Shown here: positions 11,495 through 23,400 of the stretch, piece by piece | How the letters are laid out: each line of letters begins with the position of its first letter | Position numbering within the stretch: the first letter of the stretch is position 1 | From: Amoebophrya sp. A120 | Taxonomy: Eukaryota; Protista; Dinoflagellata | DNA length: 64,000 nucleotides | Direction: 5' to 3' | Assembly: GCA_905178155.1 (NCBI GenBank) | Contig: CAJINV010000014.1 | Coordinates: 2,077,888-2,141,887 of the forward strand | Translations under genes and position numbers: made by a program | Notes under the pieces: model-generated | Told to the model about the DNA's origin: nothing | What the model saw: only the letters and a program-made list of their open reading frames with translations | The model's database searches: none

Positions 11495-14400
11495 TCACAA
11501 GCGCACGCTCCCCAGGCCCAAGAGCTCCGCGGCGCTTCTATCCAGTGCAAAAATTGTATCGCACTCCTCGTATAAATCGCAGTCATGCAGCAGGATGGCT
11601 TTCTAGCAAAAATCAGGACTTCTACAAATTTCTGGCAAGATCATTTGTATTGCAGTTTACACCAGTACGTAAGAACTTCTTTTGCAATGCATAGCTTCTC
11701 GGTGACAGCAACTTTTCCTCCTCTTGTTCGTCCTGCTCGACAAAATGGGCAGCGGCGGGAGAAGACGGTGACGCACCACGAACGTGTTGACCTGCACTAG
11801 TACTAGCAGGCGGTTGATCCAGTAGGCCGCTGCTCGTGCGGTTGCGGTTCGGCGTTGGGGTCCTTGCTGTACCACACAGATTATGCACTGCAAAAATATA
11901 ATCGCACTCGTGTAAATGCATTACAAATTTCCTCAGCGTGACAAATGAAATTTGTAATGCAAATTTGCCTTGGGAACAAGATTTGTAATGCAAGATTTGC
12001 ATTTATACGAGTACGATACTTTTGCACAGGATACAGATTCTCCAGTTTGGGCGAAGGAGACTGCTATCACACGGAAACAAGAGATGCTGACACAAAAGAA
12101 CAATCATGACCACAGTGGCATAATCCTAGAATCAAAAACTTTCTACAATAGAGCGTACGCAACGACCTCGTACTGTGGCTAAAATACACTCGAGATCGAG
12201 CCACACTAGAGAAGGGCACGTGCTAGAAGATGTCGTTGTCACCTACAAAATACGATTTTAGTTGGCTCAATTAGAACATGCCGATGCTCTGCTCCTCGAA
12301 ATCGAAATTTTCGTGAAAATAACTAAAACGCCATCCACCGTATCCGTAATGGTTTCTTCATATATTATAATCCGTTGTGTCTGTGCGATAGGCTCGACGT
12401 GTTGCTAAAGGTTGCCCTGGAGTCGTACGATTTTTCTCCCGTAGACGGGCGCTTTCTGTATGGAGCGCTCAACCAGAGTGGGGGCAAGTCTTTACATCAT
12501 CGCGAAGGGGAAGGTCGTGCCTGGTATGATTTGTGATGCAAAAAGGGATCAGAGAAGTCCAAACCAGAGTGCGCACAGCACGGCTTGGGTTTGTTGGGGT
12601 CGATACACAAAAGAAGTTTTCATTCGTACAATGCTTTGCAAATATGCATAATTCTTCATGCTAGTACATCAATCACAGTGACAGTACTAGAAGACTTTCC
12701 CTTATCATGCTTGTCGTGGCGATGCAGACCCTAGCAGCCCAACACAAAAAATCCAATATCGTTTTGAAAACTTTTCCACTCGCCCCCTGACACGGGCATA
12801 GCAGAACGCTAGAGCTGGCGCGACGTTCTTCGGAGCTTGTGCTCACAGCTCTTTCTTGCGTGCAGCTGCTGCCGCCATTGGTGTTTTTGTCGCCCCGTGC
12901 TGCTGGTGGAGGTGAGCGACGAGAGCCGTGACTCGTCGGATCCTTCGCAGGCGAGTTCTTTCCCTCTGAAGATGCCTGAAGAACCTGATGACGTCGATGA
13001 TCAGGAGTTCTCTCCTTCGGTCGCTGTAGTTGCTTCGCGGGAAGATGAACGGAACAGCCAGCGGAAGCCTCAGTCTTCAGCTGGTGGTCTACTTCATGCT
13101 GTTCTTGATGAGGCCGCGAAGGAAATAATTCTCGACGGTCGCGACGTTCTCGGTCTTTTATTTCCACACCAGTTATAATTTCTCGCTGGTGTCCCGCCGG
13201 AAATGAAAAAAGCCGCTCAACAGGATGACCTTGACCGTGCCCGCCGCTCGGTGGCACCACGATATGAATTGCAAAAGTATCGCAGTAAGTAGTAATTGCA
13301 GTACAAATTAGCTGAACATGACGAGGGAACTTGTCATCATGCGGGTTCACCATAAAAAAGGCATTTGCAATGCATGATTGCGATTACTACGAGTACGATA
13401 CTTTTGCACAGAATACACGACCAGCTGCTGCAAAACTTCGGACACTGATTTTCGCGCCGCCACGGCAATGTCGACCGGTGGTGGCGTCGACGATGATGGA
13501 GGATCTTCTAGCGACTGCCCTGTTGATACCTCTTCACTAGAGGCACTGGGACGCGTAGCACTCGCATGATTTTTACCAGGAGAAGAAAAATCCTGGTCGT
13601 GGCCTTCGACACATGCAGCGGCACGACCACTCGGAACTTCTTCCCCAGTCTTGCAGCGCCTTTCGTGGCGTAGTACTCGATCACTTTCACTGCGCGTGTG
13701 CTCAGAAGTAGTGTTGCTCGTCGCCGAGACTGCATCTAGCGTATAATCGCGTAACCTTGAGGATGGGGATGGCCCCGGCTGGTCCCCTTGTGCTTCCTGT
13801 AATTCCTTGGCGCCGTTTTCGCAGTGGTTACTCGTGGTTTCGTCCTGCAGCTCCTGTGCACATCGATATTCTGCTCCAGGATGAGAAGTTGAGTCAGGAG
13901 TAAGCGAAGCAAAAGAGCCTGGAGCTGCTGCGGGAGCGCCGTTTCTTCTGTTGTGTGCCCTAGTTATGCCGGTCGTGTGCGGGGGGTGACTAGGCTGGAC
14001 AAACCCCAAAGTGCTGCAGCGCTTTCTCCAAGTGCGGGAGTACGAGTTTGCTGCCACCGACCTACCATGAGGATGTTGACTGTGCGGAGAGATAAAAGTG
14101 CTAATCCTATTGGTCGTATAACCGCGCTTGCTTGTTCCATGGTGCAGCTGCGAGGGATCGGAATCGCTACCAGTTACAACATGATGACTGCAGTTGTCGT
14201 CCCCTTCGTGTGCGATCATTGCACCTGCTGATGACGACGAACTTGCAGCTATTGTGTCCGGTGTTCTTGAGCTCTTCCCCCAGGACACACGGGAGGACGT
14301 CGAGGTAAAGTTAGAGTTGCCCCCTTCCGGGGTGCTCGTCGCGTATGGTCCATCGTGTGCTGTTACCTGCGCCCTTGCACCAGAACCAGCACCAGAGCTC

Positions 14401-17400
14401 ATCGTCGGTGGGGGAACTAATAACCCCGTGGTCGTCTGGGTTGACGAACTGGATCCGGGCGTCGAGCTTGCGGTGGTAGTGCAATGCATGTCCACAACAG
14501 TGAAACTATCCAGCACCGCATCGTAATTGATAAATGCTGTTTGCTCGACGTTTCTCATCCTGTCAGCCGCCGATAAACTACAAGGCGGCACCAACCTCGC
14601 AACAAAGTCGTCAATTTCCCCGACCGTTTTCCAGAACGTGATTCGCTCTCCCGAAGATGGTGAAAAAGAGCTTCCAGAACTACAACCCGCGGATGTGCAG
14701 GATTTGAACTTGTTGCTTCTATTCTCCGTGGCGATTTTCAGTCCTTGCAGCGCGTACTTGAAGTGCTTTGGCTCCACCAGGTAGGTGCTGTTCGGGTCAA
14801 AATGCTGCAACGCCTTCCGCAACGCCCTTCGATTGTGGTACAACAGGAGGGCGATCGCGTCCAACTGTGGATCTCCGTCCAAAGTCGGAATGATTGGCGG
14901 CGGGGAGCAGCTGGCCATCGCCATGGTCGTGCCGGATCGATTTGTGTCTTCATCTCGTGGAGGACCGTTGTCTACTCGGGATGAGACAACCTCCACGTTG
15001 CGCTGTTGTTGTTGGCCCTGCTGATCAACCCTACGCATGTTGCTACGAAAAACTGAGTTAAAGGCGTGCAACAGGGCACAAAAAGACAGTTTTCGATCTG
15101 GCATGTTTATTGGGAGAAAGTAGGATGAAGCACCGCTTTGTAGGGATGTAGTTGCTTGCTCAAAAAAAATCCCTGTGTGTGTCACAACTTCGTCGATGAA
15201 GCCGACCGCTAGCTTTGTCAAGCTATCGTCCTGCAACTTCCATGCGGGAATCATCTCGGACAGCACGCTCGCTCGGTCGAGAAAAACCTTCATCTCCTCC
15301 TCATTGAGGAACCCATCCTGGTCTGCGTCCGCGTGCTCGAACAAGTGCAGGAGCTTCGTCTGCACTTCGTTGGCAAAGTCCGCATCAAGTTGTAGGCTCG
15401 ACCGCTGATTATAGTGCGCTGTGATTGGTGGAGAGGACGTGGTGTTCGTCAACATCTTCTGTGCCGACGACGTGGGATTCGGATTGCCAGGATTAGATAC
15501 CGAATTGAGTACGTTGTTGCCATTCTGACACAGGTGGAGCTGCTCTTGCTCCAGTCGTTCCCGCTCGACCTCCGCACTGAGATTTCGATACAGAATGCAC
15601 AAAAGCTGTAGAGCCGGGCCACCTTCCTCGTGGTCTCGCTGCGGGTTGATGTAGTGCCGCTCTTCATGATCAACAGATCGCCCCAGAAGCACTGAAGAAG
15701 AGTCTGCAGGCTGCGAACAACAAGGAGAACGAAATAAATGTTGTCGCCCTATTTCTTGTTCGTGCCCGCCCTGTTGCACGGAGCTTACGTGATGGAAGGC
15801 GAACTCGAAATTGGACAGGAACTGGAGAATGCTCGTGGTCGTACTGCAAGTTGCTGCAGCGCTTGCTCCGCCGTGCGCCTTTGCTGTTCCAGTGACAACG
15901 TCGTCCTGGCCTGCTTCTTTTTCGCTTGTTACGTCATCCCGTTTATTGCCACCGGAAGTAGATGGTTTTCCAGTTGTGTGGTGATTTTTCTCTTGATCTT
16001 CTCCGGAGGAAGATGAAGATGAGGACCCGGTGGCAGCAGACACATGTTCTTGCTTTGCGTCACCGCGGCCTTTGTTCACATTAGCCCCACCAGCACTGGT
16101 GTGAAAATCCATTGGGTTCTTGAAAGCGTGGTGATGCAGAGTCGCAATGCAGGCGTAGAGCTCCAGGCACTCACTGTCGCTGAAGCCAAGCTCGAAGCCG
16201 CACACCACCGCCTTGAAGGAATCAACCGTCACGGACCCGCTCAGATTCAAGTCGAACAACGCAAACAGCTGGCGCAGCGGAAGGTTGGCCTTCCAGATCG
16301 CCGTGAAGAGCGTCACGATCGCGTCGCGTATCCACGTTACGTTGTTCACATTGTCGAGCTCCACCCGAAACCGATGCAGAAACGTCCGCCAATTCACGAC
16401 TTTAATATTCGAAACCACAGGTGGCGGTGCTACCGCCTCCGCTGCAGCTTCCACTGCTTGTGGTCCAACATCTTCAGCGAAGTTGTTGTTCTTGTTGCGC
16501 GGCACCACAACGGTCGGCAGGTCGAGGTGTTTTTCTATAAGGTTCTGCCAGGGAACGTTTTCGCCGACACAGGAACTGAGCCCCTCCACGAAATCTGCCA
16601 TGCCGATCAGGTCGCTGGTCCCGCCCAAGCTGCTCCACCAGAACTTCAGCTGCTCCTTCTTCTCGCAAATTTTCACCTTCAGCTTCGTGATGATTTCGTT
16701 TTCCAGATTGCACACCGACTGTTGCCGCATCACCGATTTGTAATTCTCCTCCTTGCGCGTGAGGTCCTCCAGCGTGTGCAGAATTTTTCTGCAGGCCTGG
16801 ATGTTCTCCTGCTCCAGGTCCAGAATTTCCCTCAGGTTGGGCGCCCAGTGCTCGAAGATTTCGAATTCCAGGGACGGCTGCAGCAGCATCACGGCCCCGT
16901 AGTTTCCGCTGGTCCCGCAGTAGTTGGAGGCCGAGAAAATTATGGGAGTGTCAGGAGCGATATTGACAAAGTTGTTGAGATAATCTGCAACGCATAGCTA
17001 TAGAATGCGACGTCGCAAAAAAAGATGTTATTGCAAGAGATGCAAGGAAGGCCGATTACAGTCCTGCTAAGGGTCAGGAGTCGGGTTGTTGACTAGCATG
17101 ACAGAGGGGAGCAGGTCTTCTGTCTTCAGCAGCGTAACAGATCCGCCCCCGGCACGGGCAAAATTTGTCATGCGCCGACTACAAACTGTGGGCCCAACTG
17201 GAATCGAGTTTGTCCACTGCATACAATAAAGCATGTCAACTTTGTCAATTTCGACCCTGAAGACAGTTCCATAAAAATGGTGATCAACTTGGAATCGTGG
17301 TGCACTTGGAAGCCCCGGCTGTTTGCGGGGAGTTCGTGACTTCGCACCACCATGTGCAGGTGGTTCTCCTTCAGAAATTTCTTCGTCGTTTCCGACCCGA

Positions 17401-20400
17401 ACGAAAAGCAATCGTCGCCGCGCTTCGAATATGAAATGCAAAAGCATCGTACTCGTAGCAATAGCAGGCATGGATTACAAATCTAACTTTCTACCTTGTC
17501 CAGCATGACAAGTTGCATTTTTGTTCTTGGGGAAATTTGTGATGCGATCATTTACACTAGTACGATACTTTTGCAATGCATATCGAAATGCCCTTGGACT
17601 TCGTGGGATTCGGGTCGGCCCACAGCGAATCGAAAAAGATCCAGTCCATCACTGTCTGCGGGTGTTCCGGACACGTCCGCACGCGTTCCACCTTGTTCAG
17701 CTGCTTCAGGGTCACGTTCGGGCACCGAAACAGGCCCCCGTGGATGATCAGCAGCTTCTCCGACACGATGGTCGCGAGGGGCATCAAGTTGAAGGTCTTC
17801 TGAATCAGCTGGAAGACATCGTTGCCGTACTTTTTCCGGCACTCCTGGGCAAACCCACCGCCAATGGCCCGGTCCCGCTCGTTCATGTTGGCGTCCTCGT
17901 GGTTGCTATGAAAGTGCACAAGAGTTTACTCATCTACTTCTACCTCCTTTGTGCCACAGTTTAAGTCGGCCTTCAAAAGAAATTGTAGCGCTTGTCATGT
18001 TGATATTTTTCGGCGTGTCTGATTTTTGCTGTGATGATTTTATCAAGATCAGCTGCCATGCAGAATAAATTTGAATTCCATGTTGATCACTGCCCCCGGC
18101 GCGGCCTGTGTTGCTGTAGACAATGACCGGAAAGAACAGGGGCAAGAAAAAAAAAATAATTCTGTGCACTTTCATATTTCCCCCGGTTTACGTGAACCGA
18201 GTGCCTGTCGAATAGCTGATGCGCGTACATGAGCAGCAGAATCTCGGTGCCGAACATGCCCCGGTCAACCATGTCGCCGTTGAAAAAGTAAACGTTGGTG
18301 CTACTATGGAAGCGTCAGGACTGAAATCGTCAAAGTTGAGTGAATTTCTCATGCATAAATTGCAAGGCATGAAGTGCCTCTCTTGCAGGGATGGCAAGCG
18401 AGGCCGACTGTCAGCCTGTTTGGGGTCTGCGATGCAGCTGCTAAAGTAGCATGACAAAGGACGCCTTCTGTCCCTAAACAACATGAAAAACTGGATTTAG
18501 ACGCGCTTGAAATTTGTCATGCCCTGCTTGACAATTGGGCTTCCAACTGGTATCGACTTTATGCATTGCAAGTTATTTCACCTTTGTCGATTTCAATCCT
18601 GACACTCCCATAGCTACTCGGCCTGCCGTACTTGAAAAAAATCCACAGCAAATCCTCCAGCTGGCCGTGCGTGTCGTATCAAGTGCAACTGTATCGCACT
18701 CGTATTGCAATCATGCATTACAAATCTTCTTTTTTTAAGGTAAGTCCGCATTACAGATTCTATTTCTCATGCTGAGGAAATTTGTAATGCATTTATACGA
18801 GTACGATGCTTTTGCATTTGATATGTCGCCCACGATGACCATTCGGCCCTTTTTCGGCGGCTCTAGGAAGACGAGCGGCTGCCGGTATTGCTGCTTGTAC
18901 AGCTGGTGCACCTTGTAAATCAAGGTTTGCACAAATTTCAAGGGCAGCAACTCCTCGGGGTGCTGCTTGATACGCTCGGTCAGGTTGGAAAGCTGTTTCT
19001 CCGTGATGTTGTCAAAGTCGAAGTCAAACCCAAGGTCGGGCGCACTTTCCTCGTTGAAATGCGTGATCATGGGATGATTCGCAGTGGATAATTTACATGA
19101 TTTAGCGGTGCTTTTCGTGTCGGTTAACAACCGAAGATGTTCTTGTCCTGCAGGTCCTCCTGCGGAAGGTAGTACTACTGGCCCCCCCGAATGAACAAAA
19201 GCGGAGGCGGGTGGAACTACACTAGCGTTTTTGCCGTAAGTGCAGCTGCTCCCGGGAGGGTGATCAGGAGCAAGCAACTGTTGCTCCGCGGTACCCCCAG
19301 CGGTGGTGGACGAGGTCCTGTTACTTGTAATATTCAAATCCTGTGCAGCAGCCATCTGGGTCACCGCCGCGGGCTGCTCGCCTACCCTGGCAGCTTTCCT
19401 CCGTTGCAGAGAAGACCCAGTGTGTTCTCTCTGTGGAGCATTTGGTCGGGCTTGGACCCCTGCAGGATCCTGTATTTTCAAGCTTTGCTTCATCTGGAGG
19501 TTTCGCCGGTGATGAGTCATTTCTGCTCCGGACTGCAGCTGGTCAGGTATGGATGTGTCAGGTTTGAAATCGTCAGAGTTGAAAAAACTTGTAATGCACA
19601 AAATCGATGCCAGTTGCAAGCCCAATTTCTAAGCGGCGCATGACAAATTTGAGTAGAGCCGAAATCCAGTTTGTAATGCTGTTTGGGTAAGGAAGACGCC
19701 TTTTGTCATGCTGCTTTAGCAGCTCTATTCCTACCCCGCAACAGGCTCACAATCTGCCTCCCTTGCCTACTCTGCAAGGCAGGCATTTTCTGCGTTGCAT
19801 TTTATGCATCACAAATCATTTCAACTTTGACGATTTCAATCCTGACAGTTCCATATCAGGTCTTGTCTGAGTAGAAGAAGTAAACGGAAGCGGTCCAGAA
19901 CCCCCTGCCCCGCTCCGCGAAGACGACGAGGCTGCCGGAGCAGCCCTTGTTGCGGGCGAGTTAATACAAGAATCTCTTTTGCAGGATGGACTTTCCAGTA
20001 CGGAAGATGTGCTGCAGCTGTCCTCGTCCACTCCCGCCGCGTCTTGATCCGCATGGTAGGAACCATCCAAGGAAGTTGGAGCTCCTGCGACGGAAGATGA
20101 CGCACGGGGGCCGTAGTTCATTTGTAGATAAGATTCAATGGTCGCGACGGTCGTGGCTTCCTGCAAAAATTCCCTCTCTTCCTCCTCTTTATTCACTGCA
20201 AAAGTACTCGTGCGTGGGGTCGTGCTGCTAATTGCAAACAAGAATGATGAATCTATCTTCTTCTTGTCTGAATCGGCGTTACAAACTCCACCTGAAAAAT
20301 TTCATGCACTTACTGATTTTGTTCATTCTGTTGCTACACCTACCAGGTACGACACTTTTGCAAATGCAATGCATACTCCTCCAACCGCGCCCAAACGTCC

Positions 20401-23400
20401 ACATTCTGCTGCCGCGAGCTGGAACTTGGAGAGCTCTATCGTCAAAAAAAAAAACAAGCCTCTTGGCCAGAAATTTGTCTTGAGTATGTACATTTTGAAA
20501 TAATGCTCATGGTGCAGCCCATATTCTATCTTTCTAATTCTATCTCGTGTATGGTATTCAATTTCCGATTTCTATGTTTTTGTTTGCGCCCTATTCTGCA
20601 TTACAAATTCAGGGCCGCAGTGTGGTCAATGAATTTCTTCATGATAAGCTCGGCGGGGAATGTAGGTAGTTGGTCAGCTGTTGCCTGGTGCGCACGACGG
20701 GGGAGGGAGACGATGCTGCCGTCGACGACGGCGTCGGGTCCTTTATCATAACGCTGGAACCCGCGCCGGTTGGAATTATACCCCCTTGATGCTCCTCGTC
20801 CTCAGGCTGCACCTTTGTCTGTCGTGTGTTTACGCCACTCCGCGATGTCAGATGAGGGGCGCGACTCGGAGAGGACGTCGGCCCCCCGCTCTCTACTCCT
20901 CGTCCTCCAGAAGTGGCCACGTTATAACACGGACCCGGTGGCGTCCTCCCACCGGCCCCCCGCGGCGGCGAGTGGGCAGCCCCTCGCGGCGCGGCGCGCA
21001 TTTTATTCGCTGTTGGCGCGGTGGCTGCTGAAGATGCAATGGAAAAGCTGGAACGGCTCGGGCTCTGCCGCGCGGACGCCGTGGTCGCTCGCTGCTGATG
21101 TTGCGATTGCACCTGCTGTGTTGGTCGTGGTCCACCTGGACCTGTCCGTGTGGAAAAATTCGAGAGGTTCGAGAAGTTGGCAACACCTACACCACTTGGT
21201 TGTTCCAAATTCCTCTGCTTTGCCTGATTCGACGAGCCCGACGATGCAACCGCGGAAAAGTTGAAACTGCTGGGGCTCGCACCAGCAGCACTGCCGCCAG
21301 TAATCGGGCCCAACGTCAAGAAACTCGTGCTACCTCCTACTTGCGGATTGTTCATCGGGCTGGACGTCACGGACTCCTCGGGAGAGGGGCACATCGTGGA
21401 AAGTGTTTGGGATAAAGGCGAAGGTTGACTAGTCTTCGAGGGAGCGACTGACGTGACTGGAAAGATACAAGCTTCACGGCGCTCTTCGCTATTAATATCA
21501 ATATTATCCTCGTTTTCATTTTCATTATCCTCCAGTACGGTGGACGCCGAGGCAACCTTAAGCTTAACAGTCACAGCAGAATCGTGCGGCGTTTTACTAG
21601 TGGTCCCGCTTCTGCTTCTCTCTGCTGCAACACTAGCTTCAACGTCAGTCACTCGCCCGCCGTTGGGCCGCTGTGCGGAAACTGAATTATCTCCAGTGCC
21701 TGCTTCCTTAACAGTGCAAGTAGAACTGAGCGGAGTTGTGCCAGTAGTTTCCGCGCCGTCTCGTCGAAGTTGGGCTGCACGCGAAGATGAGCCTGTGCTT
21801 AGTTGCTCCACTTCCTCGTCCTCCTCATCATCAAAATTCGCACTGTTTGATCGTGTTGGCGACGGCGCGCTGATCGCCAACGTGGGCAGACTTTGGTGAC
21901 TTCTCAGCAAATTGCTGCTCCTGCTTTTCTTGTTTGAAATAGTACCTTGTTTTTCGAGCACAAGAGCCCGACCGCTCGTCGTGCTCGCACATTGAACATC
22001 GATCTCCCGGAAAAGCTGCCGCTTTCTGCTCGCGGTAGAAGATGTTGCCGCAGCTCCGGAATGATGTGTCGGGCTCGAAGACGAATTGTTCAAACGTCGT
22101 CCACCAGCAGGAGAAGGACCACTCCTCCGAGGATCTCTTTTTGCAGCACTTGACCCAGCATTTTCGCCGGACGAAGAACGCGAGGCTGCTGGAGACCCGG
22201 GAGGGGCACCTAAAGTTTTGTCCTGACTTCATCAAGTTCAATGAATTTCATTTCGATTCGAACTGGAAGATAAAAAGGAGCACAGCGAGTCAATTATTTT
22301 GGAGAAAAACAAAATTTTCTGATTTATTCGTGCGGCCTACAAGACCACAATCAAGAAGGTCCAAAGAAGTGCTGTTTGGGTGCAGCTCTTCACTATGATT
22401 ACACTTCAGGTAGTTCAGATACTGTGGCAAGAACTTTTTACCTCCTTTGCATTGCGCAGCGCCTTGACCAGAGGTCGTCCCTGCTCCAACAGCTTCACCA
22501 CGTCTTGGGGTCGTGTTCGTGTTACCAGTTCGTACTTGAGGACGAGGAGGAGCACCGTCGTCGTGAGAACGAGAAGTGGGAGAAACACGCATATTTTCAT
22601 CCCTGTACAACGAGGTCTTCTCGTGATGTGTACTAGGATTTTTTCCAGGTTCACGTTGCCGGTCCTCGACCTCGTCCAGCCCCCGAGTCATCTCACCCGC
22701 ATTCAAGTTACATTTCTCCGGCTCGCGCTGAAATTTCTGCGGAGTTTCGTAGCTGTAGTAGTTACAAAGCAGGTACGAAGAGGGCGCGGAAGTTGGCTCA
22801 CTTGGGTTTTCACCCTTGTCCGGCCGCTTTTCCGTCGTGAAAACCGAGTTAATCGCACCGCTGCCATTACCAGCCTCTTCACCCGGAACAACATGAGTTG
22901 CCATCTCGTCTGTTCGTTCGCGATGGTCAGCAGCCGTTTTCCAAGCTGATGTTGATAACAAACCCTCTTGTGGCCCTTCTCTTCGTTCTCCTCCTCCCGG
23001 TCCCGCGGCACAGCTCCTCTCATTCACGACGGTACTGCAAGATGACGCGCTCGCCGGGGCGTCCTCGAGTACGATGTTCTCGAAAAGCACGAAGTCCGGG
23101 GAGTTCTTCGAGACTTTCTTGCTCAAAAGCATCTTGCTACTTGTATTGCGCGATACTAAAAACTTACGGTGTGAAGTAGAAGAACTCTTATCAAAATTCA
23201 TCGTACTAGGTCCTTCAGCAAGCAAATTCTCCCTGGTGTTGTACTCGTCCTTCCGCCCACTGCGCAGGCGGGTGGAATTTGGCCGCACCAGCGGTGTTGG
23301 GTTACTTCTAGCGCCACCTTCGGCTCCGATCATGTGCTGGGTCGACGGAGTGCAACCGGTAGTTGATGACCCAGCAGGCGGTGGTCGTGTCGAAATCGAA

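Noticed and set aside
12459-12800. Degenerate family A element
   Set aside because: Ends resemble family A but there is no direct repeat and the 5-nt rule does not restore frame, so it was not called as a feature.
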